DNA from: Octopus bimaculoides
Taxonomy: Eukaryota
Assembly (NCBI RefSeq): GCF_001194135.2
Contig: NC_068982.1
Location: forward strand, 133,477,127 to 133,541,126
Direction: 5' to 3'
DNA length: 64,000 bases
Positions within the stretch are counted from its first letter, which is position 1, and every line of letters begins with the position of its first letter. The notes under the pieces were generated by a model. That model was given only the letters and a program-made list of their open reading frames with translations. It ran no database searches and was not told the DNA's origin. Shown piece by piece: positions 48,659-61,362 of the stretch. The position numbers were made by a program, and so were the translations under genes.

Positions 48659-49721
48659 CTGAAATTATAGATTAGTTCAAAAGTTATAAGATCAAAATAT
48701 TAAATACTTTACTCTGTTCAAGTTTTATTTTTTAAAGTAAAGTATATCAGGGACTCCTAATATTAGAGGATCTAATCAATTACTAAATCTTCCAATAATA
48801 ACAGGTATAACTAAGAGAAAAAATCATAACAAATGCATAATAGGCAGTAACAATTACAATTGATCATTTAACAATTGATCATCATTTAATAAAGACCCCA
48901 GTTGACCTAGTTCTGCATGAATTATTAATCATAGGGATATACATAGTAGTCCTGACCAAATCCCAAACTTGAAATATGATAATTATTATAGCTTATCTCG
49001 GTGCATGTGTACTTGTGTATTATGAAGTTTGCTTCATAACAAACAGTTTTGGGTTCCACCCCATTGTGTGGTAACTGAGACAAGAGTCTTCTACTTTTGC
49101 TTCAAATTGTAGTAAACCCTTGTAAGGGAGAATGATACAGGGAAATTATTCAGAAGTCTGTTGTGTGTGTATGTGTCTATGGTATGCAAATTAGTAGGTC
49201 CACTTTTCTGAAGGTACTGTAACTGTTTGTGTATGTAAACAGATTGGCTGCTTATTTCTTTGGAATTGGTCAAATTGATGCAAACACCTCTGATGAGAAT
49301 CCAATAAAATTTGGAAATCAATTAAGGTTGTTCATAATTTTTTTTTCCAGTCTATGAAAAAATAGCTAAATAAGCACTGTTTATTTATCTACTATATAGG
49401 CCACACATACATATACATATATTAAAACAAAGAATGGAATTAATGACACTGTTTTAATACTGTAGTTACAAATGTTTCTTTACAACATGGAAATACATTT
49501 TATGAATCATCGTTTAACGTCCGCTTTCCATGCTAGCATGGGTTGAAGAATATAGATATTAATATCAATGATAATATAGATATAATAAATTTATAATAAA
49601 ATGTATATGTACTTTAGATCTTTTCCTGTGTGTAAATCTTCAGCCAGTTTCAACATAATAATGTTAAAGATTTACACGTGGGAAAAAAATCTATGTTAAT
49701 GCCTGTATCTTATTCTGAATT

Positions 49722-49871
49722 TGGCGTTAGGAAGGGCATCCAGCTGTAGAAACTCTGCCAAATCAGACTGGAGCCTGGTGTTGCCATCCGGTTTCACCAG
49801 TCCTCAGTCAAATCGTCCAACCCATGCTAGCATGGAAAGCGGACGTTAAACGATGATGATGATGATGATGA
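49722..49871 (+). mobile_element. Young, strongly 5'-truncated RTE-tail element
   Basis: Identical by eye to 28221-28370. Confidence 0.85.
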
Positions 49872-50295
49872 TTAATAACTATATTCATAAAATTTATTTC
49901 CCATGTAACAAAACATTTGTAACTACAGTATTAAAATAGCACCATAAATTCCAGTTTTTGTTTTTAATACATACATAATCTGTGAATAATAATACTTGAC
50001 CAGAAATTTCAACTTATATGTATGGTTTTCTCATTTATACATTTGCTAGTCAGAATATGTACACATACTTCATGAGGAATACTTAGATTATTATCCTTTA
50101 TATGCTGTTGGGCCCCCGCTGCTGATATTGGGGGCTGCATTCTATGCCTTGACCGGAGCATAGAACGGGGCTCGCCTCTTTGAGTTGGGAAATGAATGGA
50201 ATGCTTGGAGTGTGTCTTGTTGTGGATACCCACTTCCTAAAAAAATAGGGAATAGGCGTGGGTATATATAAAAAAATGATATATAATGTATATAA

Positions 50296-50332
<37 letters not shown>

Positions 50333-50791
50333 TTCTCTCTCTTTCTTTGGCTAGGTAACCATGTACCTCCACTACAGCAAAACACCTGTTTCTGTCTTTC
50401 TGTCATACTCTAACCATTCATCATTTGACACAAGATCACCTCCTTCAATGCTCTCTGCCTCTCAAAGATTCCTTGTCTTGCAAAGTTATTTGGTGACCCT
50501 GCCAGTACAGGTGCCACTTAAAAAGCATCTAGTCCACATTGTAAAATGGTTGGTATTTGAAAGGGCATCCAGCTGTAAAATCCATGCCAAAACTGACCTT
50601 GCCTGTGCTGGTGCTACATAAAAAGCACTCAACCCACTCTGTGGAGTGGTTGGTGCTGGGGAGGGCATGCAGCTGTGGAAACTATGCCAAAATAGACACA
50701 AAAGTATGGTGCAGGCTTCTGTCTGGCCAGCTCATATCAAATCATCCAACCCATGCCAGCATGGAAAGAGGATATTAAATGATGATGATGA

Positions 50792-50857
<66 letters not shown>

Positions 50858-51499
50858 ACTCATGTGCACACACATGTGTGTATTTATGTGATGGTAATGT
50901 TAAGTCTCCTTGAAAAACAGGTAAGGATTAGGGAGAGGAAGAGTGTCCAGTCTTGGAATATTGCTGCAATAAGATTCATCCAATGCCACCATCAAAACCA
51001 CAAATGTAAAGATGATGATGATAGTGACAATGATAACAATGTTAGATAGAGCTTATAATGATTGTTTGGGAAGTTACATTCGAATGGTTACCTGTTATCT
51101 TCTGCAGGTAGACATGAAACTAAGCGTCTAAGTTGTGATTTTTCACAAGAGCAATCCTGGAACAAAATAGCATCTGTTTATCTGCAACAGATAAACATTC
51201 ATCTATGGAGTCTACTGACATGTATTTCTAAATTATGAGAGACAGCCTCCTTCTGAAGAATTAGCCTAGGGAACCAACTTATAATTAGCTTTCATCTCAG
51301 GAGTTAATGCATCAGAAATTGGCATTTGTCTGAAGAGTCAACTAATATGACACTTACATTCAGTTCAGGAGATAATTTTCAGTACACAACCCTCTATATG
51401 ACTGTGATAGATACTTGCATAGAGACACCCAAATGAGAATTTGTTTAATATTAAACTTTGTTAAACTTAACCACTACTTATTTAATATTATAGTGACCA

Positions 51500-51713
51500 A
51501 AGGTGGCGAGCTGGCAGAAATGTTAGCATGGTGGCCGAAATGCTTAATAGTATTTCATCTGTCTTTATGTTCTGAGTTCAAATTCTGCCAAGGTTGACTT
51601 TGCCTTTCATTATTTCAGAGTCAATAAATTAAGTACCAGTTGTGTACTGAGGTCGATCGAATCTACTAGCTTCTTCTCCTAAAATTTCAGGCCTTGTGCC
51701 TAGAGTAGAAAAG
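51500..51713 (+). mobile_element. tRNA-derived SINE (aaggtggc-head family), full length
   Basis: Exact 16-bp TSD aatattatagtgacca at 51484-51499 and 51714-51729. Confidence 0.85.
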
Positions 51714-52368
51714 AATATTATAGTGACCAGTCATTTTCTTTATGAATCATAATGGCTCAAGAGGAAGTCATGGGTAGTGCACATGAAAATGGTATTTTTT
51801 TTTTGCTTTGATCTGATTGGTGTTTTGTCAATGTAACCATGGCATCATCAATTACATTATCAAATTATAGAAAAAATTAAATGAAATGCAGAAAATTTTA
51901 TCAGACATTATTTATCATTTATCATTTACTTGTTTCAGTCACTGGATTGTGGCCATGCTGGGGTATTACCTTGACAGGTGTAGCTGAACAAATTCACCCC
52001 AGTACTATTTTTTATGTGTGAGACTTTATTCTTTCAGACTTTTTTTGTTTGTTGAACTGCTAAGTTACAGGGGATATAAATAAACACTGGTTAAGTAGTG
52101 GGTGGGTTAACAAAACCACACACACACATACCTGCAGGCTTCCACAGCCCCCCCCCCCACCACCACCAAATTCACTCACAAGGTATTAGTCGACCTGGAG
52201 TTAAAGTAGAAGACACTTGCCCAAGGTGTGAAGCAGTGGGACTGAACCTGAAACCATCTGGTTGCAAAATGAGCTTCTTAACCACACAGCCATACCTGAG
52301 CCTTCCTATTTAATAAACATTTTGTATTTTTTGTCAAGAATCGAATGGGGAAATTGTATAAATTTTAC

Positions 52369-52514
52369 CTGAGTGAATGCTTTTGTCCATCTTTTGACCA
52401 AGTCATCAGCTGACACTTCTCCAGATTTCACTCGATTAAGAGCAGCTTCACCATCCAAGTCGTACAAATTCTTGGTTTCTTCACAAATGAAAGAGTCCAA
52501 CGAGTTCTTCAAGC
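52369..52514 (-). CDS. FERRY3: FERRY3/C12orf4 orthologue, most 5' coding exon found
   Basis: atttag|GC TTG AAG...CAG|gtaaaa; LKNSLDSFICEETKNLYDLDGEAALNRVKSGEVSADDLVKRWTKAFTQ resembles human [34 protein letters not shown] (recalled). 146 nt, phase 1/0. Confidence 0.9.
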
Positions 52515-55454
52515 CTAAATAAAAAAAACAAAAAGTAATAGTTTTTTTTTAAAAATCTGTAAATGTACTTTGAACAAAACATAAAACTCTATCAAATAAA
52601 ATTCTTCTTTGGCATACTCCCTTTATTCATGCTTCAAATATTCTCCACTATAGCAAAACATGTCAGAAGTGTCTGGACTAGAGATTAGTATGTTGGGCTC
52701 ATAAATCATAAAATAATGGATTCAAATCAGACTGGGTGGTCATATGCTGTGTCCTTGAGCAAGAAACTTCACTTCATGTTGTTCAAGGCTACTCACCTGA
52801 AATGAGTATCAGCAGCTGGGGTTAACCCAATGACAGACCAGCATCACATCCAGTGAAATGTCTCATATTCTCAAATACTTATACACCACATAAACCAAGA
52901 TATGTTCTGGCCTAATGCAGTAGACTTAAGACAAACTCTAACTATTAACATAACACAGGTTTCAATGACACAGTGAAGAAATTACTGTTGGCTCAGTGGA
53001 AGAGAGTGCAAACATTCACAATCAACACTACCACAAGCCCTTCAATGCCAATATTATCTTCACATCAACTTTTTCTAATTTTCTCAAAATTAGTTGATTA
53101 AACAGTACCAACACAAAGCAGTGGATTAGCTGAACTGTTACAGCAATAGACTTGGTGTCTAGCAGTATCTGACCTGGCTTTATGAGGTTTTCATAGCAAT
53201 ACTAACACCAGTTGTCTTTCATCCTCTTGGGGTTGATAAAAAGTGTAAATCTAGGATGATAGATTCATAGAACCATTAGAACATGAGACATGTCAATCTG
53301 ATAAAAAGTGTAAATCTAGGATGAGAGATTCATAGAACTATCAGAACACAAGACATGATACCTTGTGGTATTTGCTTCAGTTCTTTGCATTCTGGTAGCA
53401 ATGCCTGAAACAAAACTTGTGGAAAATTATACTGATATTATAAGGAGTATGTTGCATGTGTGGGTAATAACTAGTCTCCCCCTACTAAAACAGAACAAAA
53501 AAAAAAAAGAAAGAAAAGCACCCTTGTTCAGGCCTGTTCCTTGCAGTTGCAGAAACCCAAAATCCAGTCATGACTGAAGGGGATTCTAAAAAATAAATCT
53601 AATTTTAGCACAAGGCCAGCAATTTCAAGGGGAGGAACCAAGATGGTAACATTGATTTCAGTACTTGACCAGTATTTTATTTTAATGACCCTGAAAGGAT
53701 AAAAGACAAAGTTGACTTTGGTGGGATTAGAACTCAGAATGCAAAGAGCCAGAAGAAATGCCACTAAGCATTTTGTCCAATATGCCAACAATTCTGCCAT
53801 CTCACCAATACAATTTCTAGCTGTTTATTTTACATTCTCTGCACTAGTCATTATTAAACATTATATACAAACATAGAACTTTGAAATTTCTAATATTGTA
53901 ATATGTCTGTTAAACTTGAATAATATTCAAGTTTACTTAAATATTATTCAAGTCTACCACATTATAATGTTCAGTACAGTACATATCAATTCCCATATGA
54001 TATCACTGGAAACAGTTGGCACTCTGACTTCATGATTAAATACTTAATATTAGAAAAGATATCATGTTAGCAGTGGGATGGTGGTAGCACTCACTACATT
54101 AAAATTAGAAAATATCTGAATTTGAGGAACAACCCAACCCATACAGAAATAGGTATAATGAGGCAATAGGGGATAAATAATTAAATGTCACAACATTAGA
54201 TAGACTGCAATAAAAAAACAAAAGCAGCCATAGTACTCTTATCAATGAAGAAGATTTTGGTTTGGTATCATCACTACAACATTGAACTCTTCTAAATGTC
54301 TCTAAATATTTTTTTCAATTTTGATAATTGCTAACATGCATATTCGACATTTACTTCTAAAGGGATGAGCATGAAATTTATTGCTTTCAAAATCTCCGCA
54401 AATGTTGGAGCTTATATCGAAATGAAAACTCTTAATACACTAGGGAGTACAGTTCAAACTAATATGCATCGTTTTTCTTTGGTGTTAAACTCCAAAATTA
54501 AAACAGCAAAAAGATAAAAAATAATTTTTTTTTTCAATTTTATTCATGTATTTTTATTACAATTAGCTCTACCAAATATCCACAAATTTATTGACAGTAT
54601 TGTATCTGTATATACTTTATAATTGATTTCTTGCATAAAAATTATTGATTTCTTAACATACAATTTTATAAAATATGAAATTAAAAAACACAAGAGGAAA
54701 ATTATTTAACAAACTTTTCTTTGAAGTCTGCAACTAATGTTGGTAACACAAAATTAAAAAATGAAATAAAATAAAAAGATAAAGCTCTAGAATGAAATGA
54801 ATTTACATTTCTATAATTTATATTTAGCTCTATCACACTGTTGAAAACTAGGTCTTTCGATATATTTCTTTCTTAGTATTTCATTTAACTGTGGTTAGTT
54901 AGGGCTTCATAAGGTAAAAAGATAATTTTTTTTAGATGTCAGTATATGAAAATATTTCATGTGAGGTGGCAATGGCAATATAACATTGATATCTGCTCCA
55001 AAAATTTCAGGAAAATATTAGTTTCTTTCAATTAGTAATTAGGCACACCACCACTATTTGATTGAAAACAGTGGTGGTATTTAATTAATCAACAACAGGA
55101 GTATGATTTGAACTTGGACTTGACTAAACACCGTCATGAATTTAGCTCTATGATCTCATTGATTCAAGCAAATATTGAAAATTTCCACTACCATCTGATT
55201 TATGATGTAATCAAATTTGATGATGATGAGGTAATGACAAAACTGATGCTGTTGATTATGACTAATGAATAAGCTAATGCCACATCACATTCATCAAATG
55301 ATTACTAATGGTTCAAACTGTCTGGAGAGCTGCCCACCAGACACAGGGCTAGTTTTTCCTTATAGTATCAGTGTTTAATCCCAGATCAGCCCTGATTAAC
55401 TAAACCTATGATTAGGATATTTAAGCCTTACCATCCTTTCTTGCCTTATCTTTT

Positions 55455-55680
55455 AAATGTTTCAGTCATTAGACTGTGGCCATGCTGGGGCACCACCATG
55501 ACAGGTTTTAGACAAACTGACCAACTCCAGTACTTATTTTTTTCAAGTCTGGGACCTATTCTATTAATTTCTCCCTCTTTTTTTTTTTTTTTTGCTGAAG
55601 TACTAAATTACAGGGTTGTAAACAAACCACACCAGTAGTTAAGCAGCAACGAAAGGGGAGACAAACACACACACACAATG
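55455..55680 (-). mobile_element. SINE-like repeat (gtttcagtcatt..gactgtggccatgctgg family)
   Basis: Related copies at ~5440-5600, 42840-43030, 51930-52110 and, inverted, 62290-62550. Confidence 0.65.
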
Positions 55681-56836
55681 CTGAGCTTCCAAACAATTCT
55701 TATCAACCAAATTCACTCATAAGGCATTGGTTGACTAAAAACTATAGAAGACAACATTTTCCCAAGGTATACCATAGGACTGAACCTTAAACAATGTGGT
55801 TGCAAAGTGAGCTGCCTAAAACCATATAATCAAATGTGTTACTTTCTGAGCCAGCAGAGTGCAATCTGAGAGTGATTTAACTGTTGCTTCTAGAAAGCCA
55901 AACAACCCAATAGAGGCCTATGTCTTTGATTAGTTTGTTTACAGCACCAGTGTTAATGCACAACAATTTCCACACATTCTTCTTCTCCTCCTCTTCCTAA
56001 TAAGGTCTCAGCAGTAAACCTAGCCAGGGAACCAAAAGATTGAAGGAATTTCAAAAGGATGGATGATGCATGTTGTGTACTTGGAACAGGTTGAAATACT
56101 GATGCAGTTCACTGAATCTCATGGTTTGTATAAATTTTCTTTTTGATACTTTGAAATATAGGAAAACAGGATAAGAAGATGTGGTCAAGTTTAAAACTCA
56201 GGATACTGGGTCTTTTGGAAAAAAGATGACACAGAATTGGGATGAGTCATGATATGTCATACTGCAGAGTTATCAAACACTGTTGGGATGGAACAATGGT
56301 GGAGATGGTGGTGAAGGTAATGATGATGATGACTGCAAAAAAAAAAGAAGTGGAAATAGATAAAGTAGAGGCATCATACTAAATACTTTACAGTCATTTA
56401 GTTTTATCCTTCCCAGAATATATGTCTAAATTTTGGTGTAGTTAACTGTCTTTCATTTATCCAGAAGAATTATATGTACCAGTAATATAATGGTATTATA
56501 GTGTGTGTGTGTGTGTGTAATGGGGTTGGAATTTAGATATTTATTCCATCACATCTACAATAATTTAGGGCTTGTCCTATGTAAAAACAAAATCATTGAG
56601 AAAAAGAAAAGCAATATTCATGAGATGTGAGCAAGATGGCAGAATTGTTAGCATGCTGGGCAAAATGCTTAGTGGCATTTCGTCTGTCTTTATGTTCTGA
56701 GTTCAAATTCTGTTGAGGTTGACTTTGCCTTTCATCCTTTCAGAATTGTTAAGTACCAGTTGAACACTGAAGTCAAATTAATTGATTTACCATACCCCAA
56801 TAAATTGCTGGTCTTGTGCCAAAATTCAAAACCAAT

Positions 56837-57213
56837 AAAAGCACCACCCGAATGTGGCCGATGCCAGGTCTGCTTGACTGGCTCCTGTGCCGGTGGCATG
56901 TAAAAAGCACCGACCGATCGTGGTTGATGCCAGTACCCCTGACTGGCTCTTGTGCCAGTGGCACGTAAAAAGCACCATCTGAACGTGATTGATGCCAGAC
57001 CTGCCCGACTGGCTCCTGTGCCGGTGGCATGTAAAAAGCACCCACAACACTCTTGGAGTGGTTGGCGTTAGGAAGGGCATCCAGCTGTATAAACACTGCC
57101 AAATCAAATTGGAGCCTGGTGCAGCCACTGGCTCTCCAGACCTCAGTCAAACCGTCCAACCCATGCCAACATGGAAAATGGACATTAGACGACGATGATG
57201 ATGATGATGATGA
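56837..57213 (+). mobile_element. RTE-tail element with three ~65-66-bp tandem units
   Basis: aaaagcacc at 56837, 56903, 56968 and 57034, then the family body and (GAT)n. Confidence 0.8.
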
Positions 57214-58076
57214 ATATATTCAGGCAGATTGAAAACCCGAATACACAGATCTCTGTTGTTTTTCATTATTGGAGAACATCTCCTTCAAACACACATCATC
57301 TTCTCCAATGATGAAAAACAACAGTGATTGGCATATTCATACTTGAATCTGCCAGAATGTATTGAGAATGAATAGAGATGTTATTGTTAAATGCAACATC
57401 ACAGATTATATAAAAGAAACTTGTAAAAAGTTGAGATATATATTATCCCTTGTATCTTCACCATTCAAAGTGGCCATATGCAGCCCAAATATTCTACCAG
57501 TTTTGTGTTCAAACTGGTTAGATCAGGCCTCCTACAACTATCCTGCAATGTCATTCTACAAGTAAACAAACACATCATCGAAATCTCAAAGCTACAAGAC
57601 AATGTACAATTAATTTAAAACGACTCAGTGGTATCAGTCCTCAGTCAAACCGTCCAACCCATGCCAGTATGGAAAGCGGACAATGATGATGATGATATAA
57701 AATGAGCTTCCACACAATTTCCATATACTAATTTCACTCATAAGCCATTGGTTGGCTCAGGGCTATAGTAGAAGACACTTGCCCAAGGTACCACAGAAAA
57801 GTGGAAAATATGTAGCAGTAATGTACAGACAAATGATCTGAACAAAAGTAATTCACCGACTAAAAGAATAAATAGAACTAGATTGGTGGGAATAAAAAAG
57901 AAAATCAGTATGATGATGAACAAACAAACAAAAAAATAATAAACAGGATCCTTTACGCCTAAATTACTCACAAGTTTTCCAGACACAAATGAGTAATCAA
58001 ACTCACTATAATATATATATATATATATATATAGCATTAATGAGTAATTTCCCTTGACATACTGTGATGGGTTGAT

Positions 58077-58127
<51 letters not shown>

Positions 58128-58334
58128 TATATTACAAATTAAAAGGGTAAAGGATTATCAATTTATTAATTAATAAATCAATTAACAATTAACAATTTTT
58201 ACCAAGCCCATCGGTATGAAAGCACCATTATTGGTGGAGAACTTATTTAAAAGCTCATATATATTTATAAATATAATTAATGGATCAGCAGATATTTGCT
58301 TCACCATATACCGAAGTTCAGAAATAGCAGCTAA

Positions 58335-58426
58335 AAAAGCTGAGAATCCCACAGATAGCATCACTTGTAACTCACAAAGGCCTTTGTGAGTTACAAGTGA
58401 TGCTATCTGTGGGATTCTCAGCTTTT
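58335..58426. repeat. 92-bp perfect spacerless palindrome next to a gap
   Basis: aaaagctgagaatcccacagatagcatcacttgtaactcacaaagg|cctttgtgagttacaagtgatgctatctgtgggattctcagctttt. Confidence 0.9.
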
Positions 58427-58611
58427 CTGANNNNNNNNNNNNNNNNNNNNNNNNNNNNNNNNNNNNNNNNNNNNNNNNNNNNNNNNNNNNNNNNNNNNNN
58501 NNNNNNNNNNNNNNNNNNNNNNNNNNNNNNNNNNNNNNNNNNNNNNNNNNNNNNNNNNNNNNNNNNNNNNNNNNNNNNNNNNNNNNNNNNNNNNNNNNNN
58601 NNNNNNNNNNN

Positions 58612-58656
<45 letters not shown>

Positions 58657-59519
58657 TTCATTCTCAGTCACTATCCTGGCTAATTTTGTATTTCATACAC
58701 TCAAAGATAATGTGCAGTTGTAAAATTTCATATGAATGAGTGCAATAAAGAGAATGACGAAGAATAGCAGACACATGTATGCATGTGTGCGCACACGCAC
58801 ACACACACACACGTGTGTATATGTGTACAAACATCTGTCCATGCATGCATGTGTGTGAGTGTGTGTGTGTGTTTGTGTGTGTGATCATAATCATAATTTT
58901 ATGTCCATTTATTTTCCTATCGACATGGGTTGGACAAGTCTTACTAGCTGCAGTTCTTTGTTCCAACACAGTCATATTCTTTTGATACTTGGCACACCTA
59001 ACAACAGAAAAGCCCAACCTACTCTGTGGTTCTGTATACATCTTACAGTGGTAACTGGGTGTGTTTTATTGTACCATTATCATTAGGGAGCATCTGTGGC
59101 CAGTTTAAGCCTTTACTTGTCCAATGCATTTTCAAAAGTTTATTCTAAACATCCATGCTTGTTTTCAAACTTTTAGTTAACCCTTGTTACATATGCTCTA
59201 AGTAATATAAAGCTGTCTTTTCATAAGCCTCCTCTACCTTGTATCAAGTCATTGTTTGTCCCATTCTAAATAATTATTAATCTGTGATGCAGTTTGTGGA
59301 GTACACATCTCAAATATATCATCTATTTTTGGCATAGTTTATATGACTAAATGCCCTTCCTGACTATTTTACAGGATATATTGGTGGAATTTTATTATAC
59401 AACCAGACCAGATATTGTATATTAAGCCCAAGCATTTTTCCTGATTGTTGCAGAGTCCCGATTTCTTTCCTACTTAATAAAAACTAGTCTTTGCTAAGTT
59501 GATTCTGAAACTGATCAAT

Positions 59520-59900
59520 TCCAGGTCAAATCTACTACAAATTCAGCTTCAATAACTTATAATCCCATAGGAACTTCCATGGACAGCAAGACCTCTCTTA
59601 TGACATGAAAGACTATGATAAACAAGGGTGAGTGAGGACTATGTTCTGGTGAAACCCTACTGGTATGTTAAATTCATCACTAAACTCATTTCTAACTCTC
59701 ACTTTACTAATTGCACTGCCATGCATGGCTTGCATGATACTCATAAACCATTCACCTGCCCTTAGTTTTCTTAGTGTCCACCAGAATGCAGAGAGTGTAA
59801 TGCTACAAAGGCTTTCTCCAAGTTGGCTAATATTACATAGAGAGGCTTACTTCTACTCAAGCACTTTCCTTGCAGTTGCCTCATCAAGAAGAGAGCCTTC
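59520..59900 (-). pseudogene. RTE LINE reverse transcriptase fragment
   Basis: ALFLMRQLQGKCLSRSKPLYVILANLEKAF...WWTLRKL...QAMH...KVRV..EFSDEF, with frameshifts. Confidence 0.75.
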
Positions 59901-60299
59901 ACAGAGCACAAATGGAGGAGGAGAAAGAGGAGGGGGTATGGTGGTGGTTGTGAGCCAGATCATTATGACCTTCTCTTATTAATAACCTGCAAAGTGAAGA
60001 AGATTTTTTTCAACCCAGCTGATGATTTGCAGCTTTTATCACAACTATTAGAAAACTGTCTCCTCTCAGTTAAATGCAATACAGAATCATAACAACCGGT
60101 ATTGTGCACAGACCACCAGTAGAAAGGTAACATTTAGTATGACTGCTGGTGATCTTTTAGGCGGGGGTAATCTGTTATTAGCTTGCTTTGGTTTAACAAT
60201 TTTAACAAGACTACCCACCAAAAAAAAAAAAAAAAAAAAAAGAAACTAAAGTACATGATTATTCAGAAACCCTAATACCTGCTTATTAGACAACACACT

Positions 60300-60600
60300 G
60301 CAAGGTAGAAGCAATATTTAAAGGTAATAGATACTTCTATGGCACAAAACCAAATAGAAAGAAACTTGAACAAGAGTTATATAATTATATACCCTCCATT
60401 AAACATGCAGATAAAAAATTTAAAAAAAACACTGAAAAATTGGTTAACTATATCTGGAAAAAAAAAAGGCTTTGGATTAGAGTATTAAATGGAAAAACCT
60501 GGAAAGGTCCTAATCATCTCAAACTGGAAATGAAAAGTGTAACCTTGTACAGCAGAAAAGAAAATCCTCAAAAGTTTTCATGAACAAACTCTATTGAAAC
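60300..60600 (+). pseudogene. Heavily decayed Penelope-like GIY-YIG C-terminal fragment
   Basis: Remnants KHADKK, LVNYIWKK and EKCNL(C)TAEK across frameshifts. Confidence 0.45.
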
Positions 60601-61185
60601 ACCAGATCAAAAATCTCCAAAAAGTGCAGACATATTGAAAAGTACCTATTACACAGCTGGGAAATATTGAATTCATCTGATTAGAACCACATAAATGCTC
60701 AGTCTCTAATAATACTTCTCAGACTTCTTCTTTATCTCTATCATTCACCTTGACTTAAATTTTTTTTCCTCCATCCATTTCTCCCTTTCCCAGTCATTAT
60801 TTTTCCTCGTGCATTTTTGTTGGAGAAAATTTGTTAGGTCTTAAAATATATGATTTAAGGTTAATAGAATGAACAATGTTTGGTTAAATTTTGTGTAAGT
60901 GGTAAAAATAAGAATTAAGTTCCATAAAATGTGATATATTCATTGATGTTTTAACAGTGGAGTCAAAAAATAACTAGTTTTATAATCCTGATCAGCATAA
61001 TTATTTTGGCTGCTATATAAAGTTGCATTAAAATTTACTACAGAATTGACTGCGTGATATGTTAAGCTAGATAAATTTAGAAGTTATGCTAGATTTATTT
61101 CTTTTGTAGGTGAAAAACTAACATGAAGTGAAAGTGGGAATCCTTTCTCTTTCTCACTCTCTCTTTCCCTTCATATATATATATA

Positions 61186-61325
61186 GGTGCAGGCCTAGCT
61201 ATGTGGTAAGAAATTTGCTTCCCAATCACATGGCTCCAGGTTCAGTTTGACTGTGTAACACTTGGGTAAGTGTCTTCTTCCAAAGCCTTGAGTGGATTTG
61301 GTAGACAGAAACTGAAAAAACCCTG
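61186..61325 (+). mobile_element. tRNA-derived SINE (second family), forward copy
   Basis: ggtgcaggcctagctatgtggtaagaa...ccaggttcagttt...cttgggtaagtgtcttct. Confidence 0.75.
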
Positions 61326-61362
61326 TAGTGCGTGTGTATATATATATATATATTATATGTAT

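Noticed and set aside
55047-55078. Short hairpin accaccact/agtggtggt (and the 25-bp palindrome at 53911-53935)
   Set aside because: Short enough to arise by chance in 64 kb of low-complexity AT-rich sequence.
56837-57042. CRISPR-like repeat/spacer pattern
   Set aside because: Eukaryotic context, no cas genes, spacers too short and related to each other, and the array is part of a dispersed RTE 3' UTR.
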